Assembly: GCA_034520945.1 (NCBI GenBank)
Contig: JAXHNB010000005.1
Coordinates: 64,001-128,000 of the forward strand
DNA from: Trueperaceae bacterium
GTDB lineage: Bacteria; Deinococcota; Deinococci; Deinococcales; Trueperaceae
Direction of reading: 5' to 3'
DNA length: 64,000 nucleotides
A program made the translations under genes and the position numbers. Positions 41,381 through 51,880 of this stretch are shown here, piece after piece. How positions within the stretch are numbered: position 1 is the stretch's first letter; each line of letters opens with the position of its first letter. The notes under the pieces are model-generated. The model was not told the DNA's origin, made no database searches, and saw only the letters and a list, made by a program, of their open reading frames with translations.

Positions 41381-42795
41381 AGATGCTGCTCGAAGATCGC
41401 TGGGTGGACCGCAATGAGCGCATCGAGGTGCGGAACCCCGAGAGCGCCGCGGTCGTGGACACGGTGCCGCGCGGGGACGCGGCCGACGCCGAGCGCGCGT
41501 TGACGCACGCCGAGAGCGGCGCGCGGGCCGCCGGCGCCCTGCCGGTGCACGAGCGCATGCGCATCCTTCACGCCGCGGCCGACGCCGTGCTGGACACGCA
41601 CGAGACGTTCGCGCGCCGGATCGCGACCGAGGGGATCAAGACCATCCGCGAGGCGCGCCGCGAGGCGACGCGGTGCGCCGACACGCTGCGCCTGTCCGCC
41701 GAGGAGGCCCGCCGCGCGCACGGCGAGACGGTGCCGTTCGACCAGCGGCCCGGCTCCGAGGGGCGCGTCGGGTACTGGCGTCCCGTCCCGGTCGGCATCG
41801 TGGTGGCCATCACGCCGTTCAACGACCCGCTGAACCTGGTCGCGCACAAGCTGGGGCCCGCCTTGGCGGCCGGCAACGCCGTGGTGCTCAAACCCGACTC
41901 GCGCACGCCCCTCTCCGCCCTGGCGTTGGCGGAGGTCCTGTTCGAGGCGGGGCTCCCAGACGGCATGCTGCAGGTGATCACCGGCCCCGGCTCGGACATC
42001 GGGCCGACTCTGGTCGGCGACCGGCGCGTGCGGACCGTATCGTTCACCGGCGGGCGCGACACCGGCGAGCGGATCGCCCGGCAGGCCGGCCTGAAGAAGC
42101 TCAGCATGGAGCTCGGCTCCAACGCGCCGGCCCTGGTCATGGAGGACGCCGACCTCGACGTGGCGGTGCCCGCCTGCGTCGCCGGCGCCTTCGCCGCGGC
42201 GGGCCAGAACTGCCTGCACGTTCAGCGCGTGTTCGTGCACCGCGCCTGCGCGGACGCGTTCACGGCCCGATTCGTGGAGGGCGCCCGGGCGGTGCGGACC
42301 GGCCCCAAGCTCGACGAGGCCACCGACATGGGGCCCATGATCGACGAGGAGGCCGCCCGGCGCGTCGAGGCCCTGGTGCAGGACGCCGCCGGCGCCGGGG
42401 CCGAGCTGCTGCAGGGTGGGACGCGCGAGGGCAGCGTCATGGCGCCCACCGTGATGGCCGGGGTACCGCCCACGCACGAGCTGGCGCGCGACGAGGTGTA
42501 CGGCCCCGTGACCCTGATCGAGACGTTCCGTGATCCCGCCGAGGCGGTCGCGCGCGCCAACGACGTGGACTTCGGACTCCAGGCGGGGGTGTTCACCCGC
42601 GACCTCGCCGCCGCGCACCGCCTGGCCGACGCACTCCGCTACGGAGGCGTTATGATCAACGACAGCAGCGACTATCGCATCGACGCCATGCCGTTCGGCG
42701 GATTCAAGGGATCCGGCCTGGGGCGGGAGGGCGTACGTTTCGCGATGGAGGCCATGACCGAACCGAAGCTGGTGTGCTTCACGCTGTCCCCTTGA
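41377..42795 (+). CDS. NAD(P)-dependent aldehyde dehydrogenase
   Basis: Motifs ITPFNDP, VLKP, SFTGG, ELGSNAP (Glu), AGQNC (catalytic Cys), [19 protein letters not shown]. Confidence 0.93.
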   Translation: MKMLLEDRWVDRNERIEVRNPESAAVVDTVPRGDAADAERALTHAESGARAAGALPVHERMRILHAAADAVLDTHETFARRIATEGIKTIREARREATRCADTLRLSAEEARRAHGETVPFDQRPGSEGRVGYWRPVPVGIVVAITPFNDPLNLVAHKLGPALAAGNAVVLKPDSRTPLSALALAEVLFEAGLPDGMLQVITGPGSDIGPTLVGDRRVRTVSFTGGRDTGERIARQAGLKKLSMELGSNAPALVMEDADLDVAVPACVAGAFAAAGQNCLHVQRVFVHRACADAFTARFVEGARAVRTGPKLDEATDMGPMIDEEAARRVEALVQDAAGAGAELLQGGTREGSVMAPTVMAGVPPTHELARDEVYGPVTLIETFRDPAEAVARANDVDFGLQAGVFTRDLAAAHRLADALRYGGVMINDSSDYRIDAMPFGGFKGSGLGREGVRFAMEAMTEPKLVCFTLSP

Positions 42796-42844
42796 CCGGC
42801 CTGGCGGGCGCTCGAGGCACACCCACTCCGCGAAAGGGCTCGAC

Positions 42845-43681
42845 GTGAGCGATTCCCACGCTTCCCCCGTGACCGCCCCCGAGCGCGCGAAGACGTCCGC
42901 GCCCGACGGCCGTCCGCCCATGATCGTGTTCGACAAGGTCCGCAAGGCGTTCGGCGACCTGGTGGTGCTCGACGACCTCGACTTCCAAGCGGCCGAGAAC
43001 GAGAAGGTCGCCATCATCGGGCCCAGCGGCTCGGGCAAGACCACCATCCTCCGCGTGCTGATGACGCTGGTGCGGCCCGACCGCGGTCACGTGTACGTGG
43101 ACGGCCAGTCCCTGTGGCACATGAACGTGGGCGGCAAGGAGGTGCCCGCCACCGAGAAGCACCTTCACGCCATCCGCAGCGACATCGGCATGGTGTTCCA
43201 GCACTTCAACCTGTTCCCGAACATGAACGTGCTGCGCAACGTCACCGAGGCGCCGGTGCACGTGCGCGGCGTCCCGAAGGCCGAGGCCCGCCAGCGCGGC
43301 CTGGACCTGCTCGAGATGGTGGGGCTCAGCGACAAGGCCGACGCGTTTCCCGAACAGCTCTCTGGCGGCCAGAAGCAGCGTGTCGCGATCGCACGGGCGT
43401 TGGCGATGGAACCGAAGGTGATGCTGTTCGACGAGGTCACCAGCGCGCTGGACCCAGAACTGATCGGCGAGGTGCTGGCCATCCTGCGCAAGCTGGCGAC
43501 CGAGACCCAGATGACGATGCTGATCGTCACGCACGAGATGGGCTTCGCCAAGGACGTCGCCGACCGCGTGATCTTCTTCGACGCTGGGCAGGTGGCGGAG
43601 GAGGGCCCGCCCGACAAGATGTTCACCCAGCCGGAGAACCCTCGCACCCAGGAGTTCCTGCGGGCGGTGCTTCAGCACTAG
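42845..43681 (+). CDS. ehuA: Ectoine/hydroxyectoine ABC transporter ATP-binding protein
   Basis: Motifs [57 protein letters not shown]; in context with ehuBCD. Confidence 0.88.
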   Translation: MSDSHASPVTAPERAKTSAPDGRPPMIVFDKVRKAFGDLVVLDDLDFQAAENEKVAIIGPSGSGKTTILRVLMTLVRPDRGHVYVDGQSLWHMNVGGKEVPATEKHLHAIRSDIGMVFQHFNLFPNMNVLRNVTEAPVHVRGVPKAEARQRGLDLLEMVGLSDKADAFPEQLSGGQKQRVAIARALAMEPKVMLFDEVTSALDPELIGEVLAILRKLATETQMTMLIVTHEMGFAKDVADRVIFFDAGQVAEEGPPDKMFTQPENPRTQEFLRAVLQH

Positions 43682-44006
43682 GCACGGCCGTGCCGGAGCT
43701 GAAGGGTGAACCGCTCTTCATCGCGATTGGACGCCGGGGCCGGTTCGCGCTATCCTGGGTCACGCCGGTGTCCGCAGGCGCTCGACCTTGCCGCGCCACG
43801 AGCGTCGCGCCCCATGGAACCATTCCCCCCAGGTGCGCGACGTCCTCGCGGAGAGGCATGCGTGAGGCGCACGCCACGGAGCGGCCCCCCCGGGCTGCCT
43901 CCGCGCACGTCACCGGCGCTGTCCCGCCGATGGACGGGCCGGCCGACATACGCGCAGCGGCGACCCGCCGCCTGCGTTTCGCCCAGCAAGATCGGAGGTT
44001 CGACAC

Positions 44007-44867
44007 ATGAACAGCGGATTCGCACGCCTTCTCGCCGCCACGCTGCTGCTCGGCATGATCATGAGCTTCGGCTTCGCCCAGCGCTCCCTGTCCGAGATTC
44101 AGGAGAGCGGCCAGGTCACCGTCGTCACCGCCAACGAGATCCCCTACGGGTGGATCGACGACGACGGCGTGCCGCACGGCATCGCCCCCGAAACCGCCGT
44201 GGCGGTGCTCGAGAGCATGGGCATCGACGACATCGAGTGGACCGTCACCGAGTTCGGCTCTCTGATCCCCAGCATCCTGGCCGGCCGGGCCGACATGACG
44301 GCCGCCAGCATGGCGATCCTGCCGGAGCGCTGTGAGCAGGTCGACTACGCCCGCCCGAACTCCAGCTACGGGGAAGGCTTCCTGGTCGAAGCCGGCAACC
44401 CCAAGGACATCCACAGCTACGAGGACTTCCTCGAGAACCCCGACCTGACCATGGGCATCGTGTCCGGCGCGGACCAGCTCGAGTTCGCTCAGGAGATCGG
44501 CATTCCCGGCGGCCAGCTGTCGTTCCTGAACGCCAACGCCGACGCGCCCTCGGCCGTCGTCACCGGCCGCATCGACGCCTACGCCGCGACCAGCGCGACG
44601 GTCGCCGAACTGGCGGCCAGCTCCGATCGCGTGGAGGGCGCCGATCCGTTCGAAGCCCCCATCATCGGCGGCGATCCGGTCCGCAGCTGGGGCAGCTTCA
44701 ACTTCCACCCCGAGGCGGACGCCTTCCGCACAGCCTTCGACGAGGCGCTGGGCGAGTTCCAGCAATCCGACGAGTGGCGCGAGATTCACCTGAGCCACGG
44801 CTTCACCGAGTCGGACGTGAACTCCGCCCTGGCGGCGAGCACCGAGGAGCTCTGCAGCCCCGAGTGA
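44007..44867 (+). CDS. ehuB: Ectoine/hydroxyectoine ABC transporter substrate-binding protein
   Basis: Signal peptide; motifs ANE.PY, EFGSLIP, I.PERCEQV, GNPK, C-terminal ELC; SD GGAGG. Confidence 0.88.
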   Translation: MNSGFARLLAATLLLGMIMSFGFAQRSLSEIQESGQVTVVTANEIPYGWIDDDGVPHGIAPETAVAVLESMGIDDIEWTVTEFGSLIPSILAGRADMTAASMAILPERCEQVDYARPNSSYGEGFLVEAGNPKDIHSYEDFLENPDLTMGIVSGADQLEFAQEIGIPGGQLSFLNANADAPSAVVTGRIDAYAATSATVAELAASSDRVEGADPFEAPIIGGDPVRSWGSFNFHPEADAFRTAFDEALGEFQQSDEWREIHLSHGFTESDVNSALAASTEELCSPE

Positions 44868-44874
44868 CCCGCCC

Positions 44875-44904
44875 GCAGGCCCGCTTCGGCGGGCCTGCTT
44901 TTCT
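44875..44904 (+). terminator. Intrinsic terminator/stabilising hairpin after ehuB
   Basis: GCAGGCCCGC-TTCG-GCGGGCCTGC followed by TTTTCT. Confidence 0.8.
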
Positions 44905-44965
44905 ATCTTGGTTCCCCGCCGTATGACGTTCGGCGCTCCGCCGGACCGCGACGCCTGGAGGCCTC

Positions 44966-45637
44966 GTGGAAGACCTGCAGCAAATGCTCACCCCCTTGAT
45001 GCGGGGTACGGTCGTGACGCTGCAACTCGCGCTGATCTCGACCGTGTTCGGCGGCATCCTCTCCTTCGCCGCCGGCATCGGCAAGCTGTCGCAGAACGGG
45101 TTCGTCCGGGCGGCGTCGGTCGCGTACATCGAGATCTTCCGCGGCACCTCGCTGCTGGTCCAGATGTTCTGGCTGTTCTTCGCGTTGCCGATCATCGGCG
45201 TCCGGTTCGAGCCCATGACCGCCGGCATTCTGGCTCTCTCGCTCAACATCGGGGCGTACGGCGCCGAGGTGGTCCGCGGTGCCATCCAGTCCGTGCCCAC
45301 CGGCCAGTACGAAGCGGCCGTCGCCGTGAACTTCACGCGGCGCTTCACCCTCTGGAACGTGGTGCTGCCCCAGGCACTGGTCGAGATGATGCCGCCGTTC
45401 GGCAACCTGGTCGTCCAGAACCTGAAGGACACCGCGCTGGTGTCGCTGATCACCCTGGGTGACCTGACCTTTCGCGCCCAGAACTACCGCAACCTCACGC
45501 TCGAGACCATTCCCGTGTTCACCGCCACGCTGTTGATCTACTTTGCGCTGGCGCTGGTGCTCATGGGGGTCATGCGCTGGCTCGAAGGGTGGATCGCGCG
45601 GCGCGTCGGCGTGGTGCACGGCAGGGCGAGCGCCTGA
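44966..45637 (+). CDS. ehuC: Ectoine ABC transporter permease
   Basis: Motifs YIEIFRGTSLLVQMFWLFFALP, LNIGAYGAEVVRGA, GQYEAA, LPQA...M.PPFGN. Confidence 0.88.
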   Translation: MEDLQQMLTPLMRGTVVTLQLALISTVFGGILSFAAGIGKLSQNGFVRAASVAYIEIFRGTSLLVQMFWLFFALPIIGVRFEPMTAGILALSLNIGAYGAEVVRGAIQSVPTGQYEAAVAVNFTRRFTLWNVVLPQALVEMMPPFGNLVVQNLKDTALVSLITLGDLTFRAQNYRNLTLETIPVFTATLLIYFALALVLMGVMRWLEGWIARRVGVVHGRASA

Positions 45638-46329
45638 TGCTGTTCGGCATCGAGTGGGACACCAGCACCACCCTAAGCTTCGCCACCACGATCTTCCCGA
45701 TCCTGTTGCGCGGGTTGTGGGTCACCCTCCAGGCGACCGTGCTGGGCTTCGCCATCGCCCTGGTAGTGGGCCTGATCCTGGCGCTGCTCCGCATGGCGCC
45801 CAGCCGCCTCGTGTCGTGGCCCGTCGCCGTGTTCCTGGAGTTCGTGCGCGACACGCCGCTGCTGGTGCAGCTGTACTTTTTGTTCTTCGTGCTGCCCGAG
45901 ATCGGCATCGTGCTGCCGGCGTTCCTGACCGGCGCGATCGCGCTGGGCATCCAGTACTGCGGCTACACCGCCGAGGTGTACCGCGCCGGCATCGAGGCCA
46001 TCCCGCGCGGCCAGTGGGAGGCCGCCACCGCCCTCAACATGCCCGCCCGCCTGACCTACCGGCACGTGGTGGTCCCGCAGGCGATCCCTCGGATCGTCCC
46101 GGCGCTGGGCAACTACCTCGTCTCCATGCTCAAGGACACCGCCATCCTGTCCGCCATCACCGTCCTGGAGATGCTGTCGGTCGCCAAGATCATCGGCGAC
46201 CGCACCTTCCGCTACTTCACGCCCATCACCATGGTTGGCGCGCTGTTCCTGATCGTCACGCTGGCCTCGGCCTGGCTGGTCCGCATCATCGAACACCGCC
46301 TGCCGAAGACCGGCATTCCGCTGCGTTGA
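45637..46329 (+). CDS. ehuD: Ectoine ABC transporter permease
   Basis: Motifs EFVRDTPLLVQLYFLFFVLP, YTAEVYRAGI, GQWEAA.ALN, PALGNYLVSMLKDT. Confidence 0.88.
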   Translation: MLFGIEWDTSTTLSFATTIFPILLRGLWVTLQATVLGFAIALVVGLILALLRMAPSRLVSWPVAVFLEFVRDTPLLVQLYFLFFVLPEIGIVLPAFLTGAIALGIQYCGYTAEVYRAGIEAIPRGQWEAATALNMPARLTYRHVVVPQAIPRIVPALGNYLVSMLKDTAILSAITVLEMLSVAKIIGDRTFRYFTPITMVGALFLIVTLASAWLVRIIEHRLPKTGIPLR

Positions 46330-46333
46330 ATGC

Positions 46334-47341
46334 ATGCATGATCCCCTGCCCCCCTCGGCCCGGGACGTGTGGCGCGCACGCGCCCGCATCCAAGGGCTGA
46401 TTCGGCGCACCCCCCTGCTGCCGGCCCCCGAGTTCGCTGCGCACGACGGCGCTGCGCCGGCCGTCTGGATCAAGGACGAGACGCGGCAGCCCACCGGCGC
46501 GTTCAAGATCCGTGGCGCCGCCAGCGCGTTGCGCGCCTTGCCGGACGACGTCGTGGCGCGCGGCGTGGTCGCCGTCTCCACCGGCAATCACGGCCGGGCC
46601 GTCGCGCACGTGGCGCGCGCCCTCGGCGTCCCCGCCCGCGTCTACGTCTCCTCGCGCGTGCCCCCCGACAAGCTGGACGCCCTCCGCGCCGCCGGCGCCC
46701 GGGTCGAGGTGCACGGCGATTCGCAGGACCAGGCCGAGGACGCCGCCCGCGCCCGCGTGGAGACGGACGGTGGCACGCTGATCCCGCCGTTCGACCACGT
46801 AGGCGTCATCGCCGGCCAAGGCACCCTCGGCCTCGAACTGCTGGAGGACCTGCCGGACCTTGACACCGTCCTCGCGCCCCTCTCCGGCGGCGGCCTGATC
46901 GCCGGCGTGGCGCGCGCCGTCAAGGCCGTCGCCCCCGACGTGCGCGTGGTGGGCGTATCGATGGAGGCCGGCGCCGCCATGCACGCCAGCCTGTCGGCGG
47001 GCCGCATCGTCGAGACGCCGGAGGCCGACACGCTGGCCGACAGCCTGCAAGGGGGGCTCGGGCGAAGCAACCGCTACACCTTCGCGCTGGTGCGCGCGCT
47101 GGTCGACGACGTGCTCTTGGTCGGCGAACGCGCGCTGGCCGAGGCGATGCGCCACGCCTTCCACCACCACCGGCTGGTCCTGGAGGGAGGCGGCGCCGCG
47201 GCCCTGGCGGCGCTGACCTCCGGCGCGACCCACGTGCGCGGGCCCACAGCCGTGATCGCGTCGGGATCCAACGTCGGCGCAGGGGCGTTCGCGCGGGTGC
47301 TGAGCGGCCGCACGCCTGCTGGAGAGGAACATCGCGCGTGA
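46334..47341 (+). CDS. eutB: Hydroxyectoine utilisation dehydratase (threonine dehydratase-like)
   Basis: Motifs QPTGAFKIRGA (PLP Lys), STGNHGRAVA, DSQD.A, IPPFD, PLSGGGL, TLADSL.GG, SGSN; ehu context. Confidence 0.85.
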   Translation: MHDPLPPSARDVWRARARIQGLIRRTPLLPAPEFAAHDGAAPAVWIKDETRQPTGAFKIRGAASALRALPDDVVARGVVAVSTGNHGRAVAHVARALGVPARVYVSSRVPPDKLDALRAAGARVEVHGDSQDQAEDAARARVETDGGTLIPPFDHVGVIAGQGTLGLELLEDLPDLDTVLAPLSGGGLIAGVARAVKAVAPDVRVVGVSMEAGAAMHASLSAGRIVETPEADTLADSLQGGLGRSNRYTFALVRALVDDVLLVGERALAEAMRHAFHHHRLVLEGGGAAALAALTSGATHVRGPTAVIASGSNVGAGAFARVLSGRTPAGEEHRA

Positions 47342-48291
47342 ATCAGGTGCGGGTGCTGGCCAAGGACGAACTGGTTCGCCAGGCGCCGCTGACGCTCGAA
47401 GTGGCGGACGAGATCGCCGACGGGTTCGAGCGCCTGGCCGCCGGCGAGGTGCGGCAGCCCCCGGTGACGTCATTGGAGATCCCCGAGGCAGAGGGCGAGC
47501 TGGACGTCAAGACGGCGTACGTGCCCGGCTGGGACTCGTTCTGCGTCAAGTTGTCCACGGGCTTCTTCCGCAACCCGGAGCTGGGCCTCCCCTCGGCCTC
47601 GGGCCTGATGGTGGTCCTGTCGGCCGAGACGGGCCGCCCCTTGGCGGTGCTGCTGGACGACGGCTACCTCACCGAACTCCGCACCGCCGCCGCCGGCGCG
47701 GTCGCCGCCGACGCCTTGGCGCGGCCCGACGCCCGCCACGTCGCCATCCTCGGGGCCGGTGCGCAGGCCCGCTGGCAGCTGGACGCGCTCCGCCTGGTGC
47801 GCAACGTGACGCACGTGGACGTGTGGGCGCGCCGCCCCGCCGCGGCCAAAGCCTTCGCCCGGGCCGCGCGCAAGGAAACCGGCCTGATCGTCACGCCCAG
47901 CACGAGCGTCGCAGACGCGGTGGCCGACGCCGACGTCGTCGTCACGGCCACGCCTGCGCGGGAGCCGCTCCTCTACGCCGACATGCTCCCCCCCGGCGTG
48001 CACGTCACCGCCATGGGGGCCGACGCCGCCGGCAAGCGCGAACTGGCCGCGGACGTGCTGCGCGCGGCCGACGTGCTGGTGGTCGACGCGCTGGCGCAGA
48101 GCCGCACCCTCGGCGAGCTGCAGCACGCCGACGACGCGACGGCCGCCAGGGCGATCCTGCTCGGCGACGTGCTGGCGGGCGAGGCCCCCGGCCGGCGCAC
48201 GGATGCCGACGTCACCGTCTGCGACCTGACGGGCACCGGCGTGCAGGACACGGTCGTCGCCCGCTGGGTGTTGGCCCGACTGGAGGGGTAG
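47338..48291 (+). CDS. eutC: Ectoine utilisation cyclodeaminase/mu-crystallin family protein
   Basis: Motifs GELDVKTAYVPG, STGFF.NP..GLPS, GYLT..RTAAAG, GAGAQA, AMGAD, DLTGTGVQD. Confidence 0.87.
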   Translation: MNQVRVLAKDELVRQAPLTLEVADEIADGFERLAAGEVRQPPVTSLEIPEAEGELDVKTAYVPGWDSFCVKLSTGFFRNPELGLPSASGLMVVLSAETGRPLAVLLDDGYLTELRTAAAGAVAADALARPDARHVAILGAGAQARWQLDALRLVRNVTHVDVWARRPAAAKAFARAARKETGLIVTPSTSVADAVADADVVVTATPAREPLLYADMLPPGVHVTAMGADAAGKRELAADVLRAADVLVVDALAQSRTLGELQHADDATAARAILLGDVLAGEAPGRRTDADVTVCDLTGTGVQDTVVARWVLARLEG

Positions 48292-48637
48292 GAGCCGGGA
48301 GGCGCCGCGCCGCGGTGTCACGTGGGTGGTTCGTTCGTGAGCCCCTTGCAACTGCGCGAGGCTGCATAGGTCCGTGTACTAGGCGCATACGTCTCACCAT
48401 CCCGTCAGCGCCGAACATACGCCCCCCTGGGGCCCAGTGCCGCGCCGACGGCATGCGCCACATGTGGCACATTCGGCCGCGAAACGCGCGCACGTTTCGG
48501 GGCAGCCCGCAGGTGCCTCCCCGCGGGGCGGTGGGCGGTACGCTGGCCGGCGGACCGGTGGGGCCCTCGTGCGTCGCGACCGCCGCGACGGGACCCCCCT
48601 TGCACCACGCACCTTCGAGCCTTCGAGGAGGATCCCC

Positions 48638-49636
48638 ATGCCCATCCGCCACGTACGTCTCGGCACGCACGGCGTGCTCGTCAGCAACCTGTGCCTCGGC
48701 ACCATGAACTTCGGGTGGCACACCTCGCAAGAGGATTCGTTCCGCATCATGGACCGCGCGCTGGAGCTCGGCATCAACTTCTTCGACACCGCCGACGTGT
48801 ACGGGCGCGGCGGGCAGCACGGCGACACCGAGATCATCCTCGGCAACTGGTTCGCGCAGGGCGGGGGGCGCCGGGACGCCGTCGTGCTGGCCAGCAAGGT
48901 GTACAACCCGGTGCAGCGGGACGAGAACCGCCCGGAACCGAACACGGACGGGCGCAGCCTGTCCGCGTACAAGATCCACAAGCACGCGGAGGGCAGCCTG
49001 CGGCGCCTGCAGACCGACCGCATCGATCTCTACCAGATGCACCACATCGACCGGAACTGCCCATGGGACGAAGCGTGGCAGGCCTTCGACAGCCTGGTGC
49101 AACGCGGTCACATCGTTTACGTCGGGTCCAGCAACTTCGCGGGCTGGGACATCGCCACCGCCTGTCAGGAGGCGTCCAAGCGCGGCCGGATGGGCCTGGC
49201 CAGCGAGCAGAGCATCTACCACCTGAACAACCGCACCGTCGAGCTGGAGGTCATTCCCGCCTGCGAGCACTACGGCCTCGGCCTGTTGCCGTGGAGCCCG
49301 CTGGGTGGCGGCCTGCTCGGCGGCGCGCTCGGCAAGATCGACGAGGGGCGCCGCATGAGCGACAGCTTCATGAAGCGCCTGGAGATGGAGCGCGACAAGA
49401 TCGAGCGCTACGAAGCGTTGTGCCGCGAGCTGGGCGAGGAGCCGGCCACGATCGCCCTGGCCTGGCTGCTGCACGTGCCCGCGGTCACGGCGCCGATCAT
49501 CGGGCCACGCACCGTCGAACAACTGGAGAGCGCGGTGCGCGCCACGGAAGTCACCCTCGACGAGGCGACGTTGGCGCGCCTGGACGAGATCTTCCCCGGG
49601 CCCGGCGGGGACGCGCCGGGGGCGTACGCCTGGTAA
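48638..49636 (+). CDS. Aldo/keto reductase
   Basis: Motifs LCLGTMNFG, GINFFDTADVYG, LASK, SLRRLQTDRIDLYQMH, GSSN, PWSPLGGG, PIIGPR; SD GAGGAGG. Confidence 0.93.
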   Translation: MPIRHVRLGTHGVLVSNLCLGTMNFGWHTSQEDSFRIMDRALELGINFFDTADVYGRGGQHGDTEIILGNWFAQGGGRRDAVVLASKVYNPVQRDENRPEPNTDGRSLSAYKIHKHAEGSLRRLQTDRIDLYQMHHIDRNCPWDEAWQAFDSLVQRGHIVYVGSSNFAGWDIATACQEASKRGRMGLASEQSIYHLNNRTVELEVIPACEHYGLGLLPWSPLGGGLLGGALGKIDEGRRMSDSFMKRLEMERDKIERYEALCRELGEEPATIALAWLLHVPAVTAPIIGPRTVEQLESAVRATEVTLDEATLARLDEIFPGPGGDAPGAYAW

Positions 49637-49781
49637 GGGGCGAGGGTCGGCAGGAGGGTGCGCCACATGCGGCGCACCCTCGCCGCAAGCGCGCGACCCG
49701 ACGACGCACCATGCACGTAGATCCGCCCCCGACGAATCGGAGGCGGATCTAAGCAGCTACCGTGTGGGACGGCGTTTCCGC

Positions 49782-49857
<76 letters not shown>

Positions 49858-49960
49858 AAGCGTTCTGGAGCGTACCGCAAGGCTCGGTAGGTGTCAACGA
49901 ACCGCGACGCAGACGCGCGGTGTCGCGGGGGGAGGGGCGCGCGGGGGTATGCTTGGGGCG

Positions 49961-51251
49961 ATGGCCGACCATCCGAGCGAGGGAGAGTCCGCTGAGAGTT
50001 GGGTCGTGGACGTCACGGCACCGCTGCCTCCGGCGCGCGTGCGGCTGGTGGCGGCCGAGGCGGCGGCACGCCTGAAGCTGCCTGCGGAGAAGCTGATCGC
50101 CCTGCTGGAGAACCGGATCGGGCCCGTGACCAAGCCTCTGCCGCGCGCGTCGGCCGATCGGGTGGCCGAGGTCCTCGAGCTCGCGGGGGCGGAGGTGGAG
50201 GTGCGGCCGGCCACGACGGCGGACGGGCCCGCGCGCCAGCGCGGCGCGGGAGACGAAGGCGAAGCGCCGGCGCAGCACGCGGATGAAACGGCCGCCGAAG
50301 AACCCGCGCCGCCGCGGCCGGACGCGGCCCGTGTCACGCCGAAGGAGGAAGCGCCGGAGGAGGACGTGCCGGCAGGCGCCGAGGAGGGCGCATCTGCGGT
50401 GCGCCCATCGCCAGGAGCCGAGCGCGGGCCGGAGCAGCGACGCGTTCGACGCCATGCGCGACGAGCCGGAGGAGGACGCCTCCATGCTGGGCCGCTGGTC
50501 GCGGACGGCGCGGCAGGCGCCGGCTCCGGAGGAGACGCCGCCGGCGGCCGCAGCTGCCGCCACGGCTACGGCGCAAGAGGCGCCTCCCGCGCCGCCGGGG
50601 GTGTTCGAGGTCGACGACGAGGAAGACGTGGACGAGGACGAGGACATGTTCGCGTACGGCATTCGCGATCCGCTGGCCGACGCTGAACGGGAGGAGCGGG
50701 TCGGGCGCCGCATGGTGCTGCTGGGGGCCCTGGTCGTGGCAACGCTGGTGTTCCTCGCTTTGCAGTGGGCGGTCTCGGATGCGGCGTTGTCGGGTCCGTC
50801 GCCGGCGCCGTACGCGGCGGGGTTGGCGGCGTACCGCGAGGGCGCCTTCGTGGAGGCGTCGCGGGCGTGGCACCCGCGGGCCGAGGCGGGCGACGCGCGG
50901 GCGATGTTCATGCTCGGCTACATGGCGGAGGTCGGGCAGGGCCGTCCCTGGTCCAACCGCGAGGCGTCCGAGTGGTACCGGCAGGCCGCGCAGCGGGGGC
51001 ATCCGCAGGCGCAGGCGCGCCTGGCCAGCCTGTACGAGCGCGGGATGGGGGTGGAGCGCGACCTCGCCGCGGCGTTGACGTGGTACCGGCGGGCGGGCGA
51101 TCGGGGCGTCGCCGACGCGGAGTTGGCGGCGGCGCGGTTGTTGGCGGGGTCGGGCGTGTTCGTCGAGGCGCGGGAGCGGCTGGACCGGGCCGCCACGGTG
51201 TTGCCCGAGGCGGCCGCGTGGCAGGCCTTGTCGCGGGCGGAGGCGCGCTAA
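49961..51251 (+). pseudogene. Membrane-anchored Sel1-repeat protein, apparently frameshifted near 50390-50440
   Basis: N-terminal domain in the frame starting at 49961 (ATG 7 nt after TATGCT). The acidic linker, TM helix and Sel1 repeats (AMFMLG, A.EWYRQAA.RG, AQARLA.LY.RG.GV.RD) are in the +1 frame ending at 51251. Confidence 0.65.
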
Positions 51252-51285
51252 GGTCGCGTTCAGAATCGGTTGCTACGCTACGGGC

Positions 51286-51810
51286 ATGACTGGATTTTTC
51301 GCGCGTATGCCGGTGGGGCGGTTCTTGATCAAAGGCGTGCTGGCTTGGGCGTTGCTCGCGTCGGTCGGGACGGTCTCGGCCCAAGCGGAGGACATCGCGT
51401 TCCGCGTCGAGATCTTTCGGGTCGACCTCGTCCGGGGCGATGATGGCGAAGTGACGGAACGGTTGACGGAGGTCGACGAGGCCGTCGCGGGTGAGGTGAT
51501 CGAGTACCAGGTCACCGCCGTGAACGAGGGAGACATCATCTACCGCCCGGGCACGGTGGTCGTCACGCTGCCGCTCGGTGAGGGCGTCGCCTACCTGGAG
51601 GACACCGCCACGCAGGAGGAGGACCGCGTGCTGGTCGAGTTCTCGGGCGACGGCGGCGAGACGTTCTCGGAGCCGCCCCTGCTGATCGAGGAGGACGGCG
51701 AGCGCAGCACCGTGCCGCCCGAGGCGTACGACGTCATCCGGTGGACCTTCACGGTGCCGTTCGAGCCTGAGCAGGAGGAGACGCTCGTCTACCGCGTCGA
51801 GGTTCAATAG
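51286..51810 (+). CDS. Secreted DUF11-like (Ig-fold) protein
   Basis: Signal peptide; motifs GEVIEYQVTAVNEG, LPLGEGVAY, FSGDGGETFS, IRWT, LVYRVEVQ. Confidence 0.72.
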   Translation: MTGFFARMPVGRFLIKGVLAWALLASVGTVSAQAEDIAFRVEIFRVDLVRGDDGEVTERLTEVDEAVAGEVIEYQVTAVNEGDIIYRPGTVVVTLPLGEGVAYLEDTATQEEDRVLVEFSGDGGETFSEPPLLIEEDGERSTVPPEAYDVIRWTFTVPFEPEQEETLVYRVEVQ

Positions 51811-51844
51811 GGGCGCGGACGCAACGAGCGGACGCATCGCATGA

Positions 51845-51880
51845 GAACGACGACCGGCAAGGGCGGGCCGGTCGTCGTTT
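51845..51880. terminator. Hairpin, probable bidirectional terminator
   Basis: AACGACGACCGGC-AAGGGCGG-GCCGGTCGTCGTT. Confidence 0.7.
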
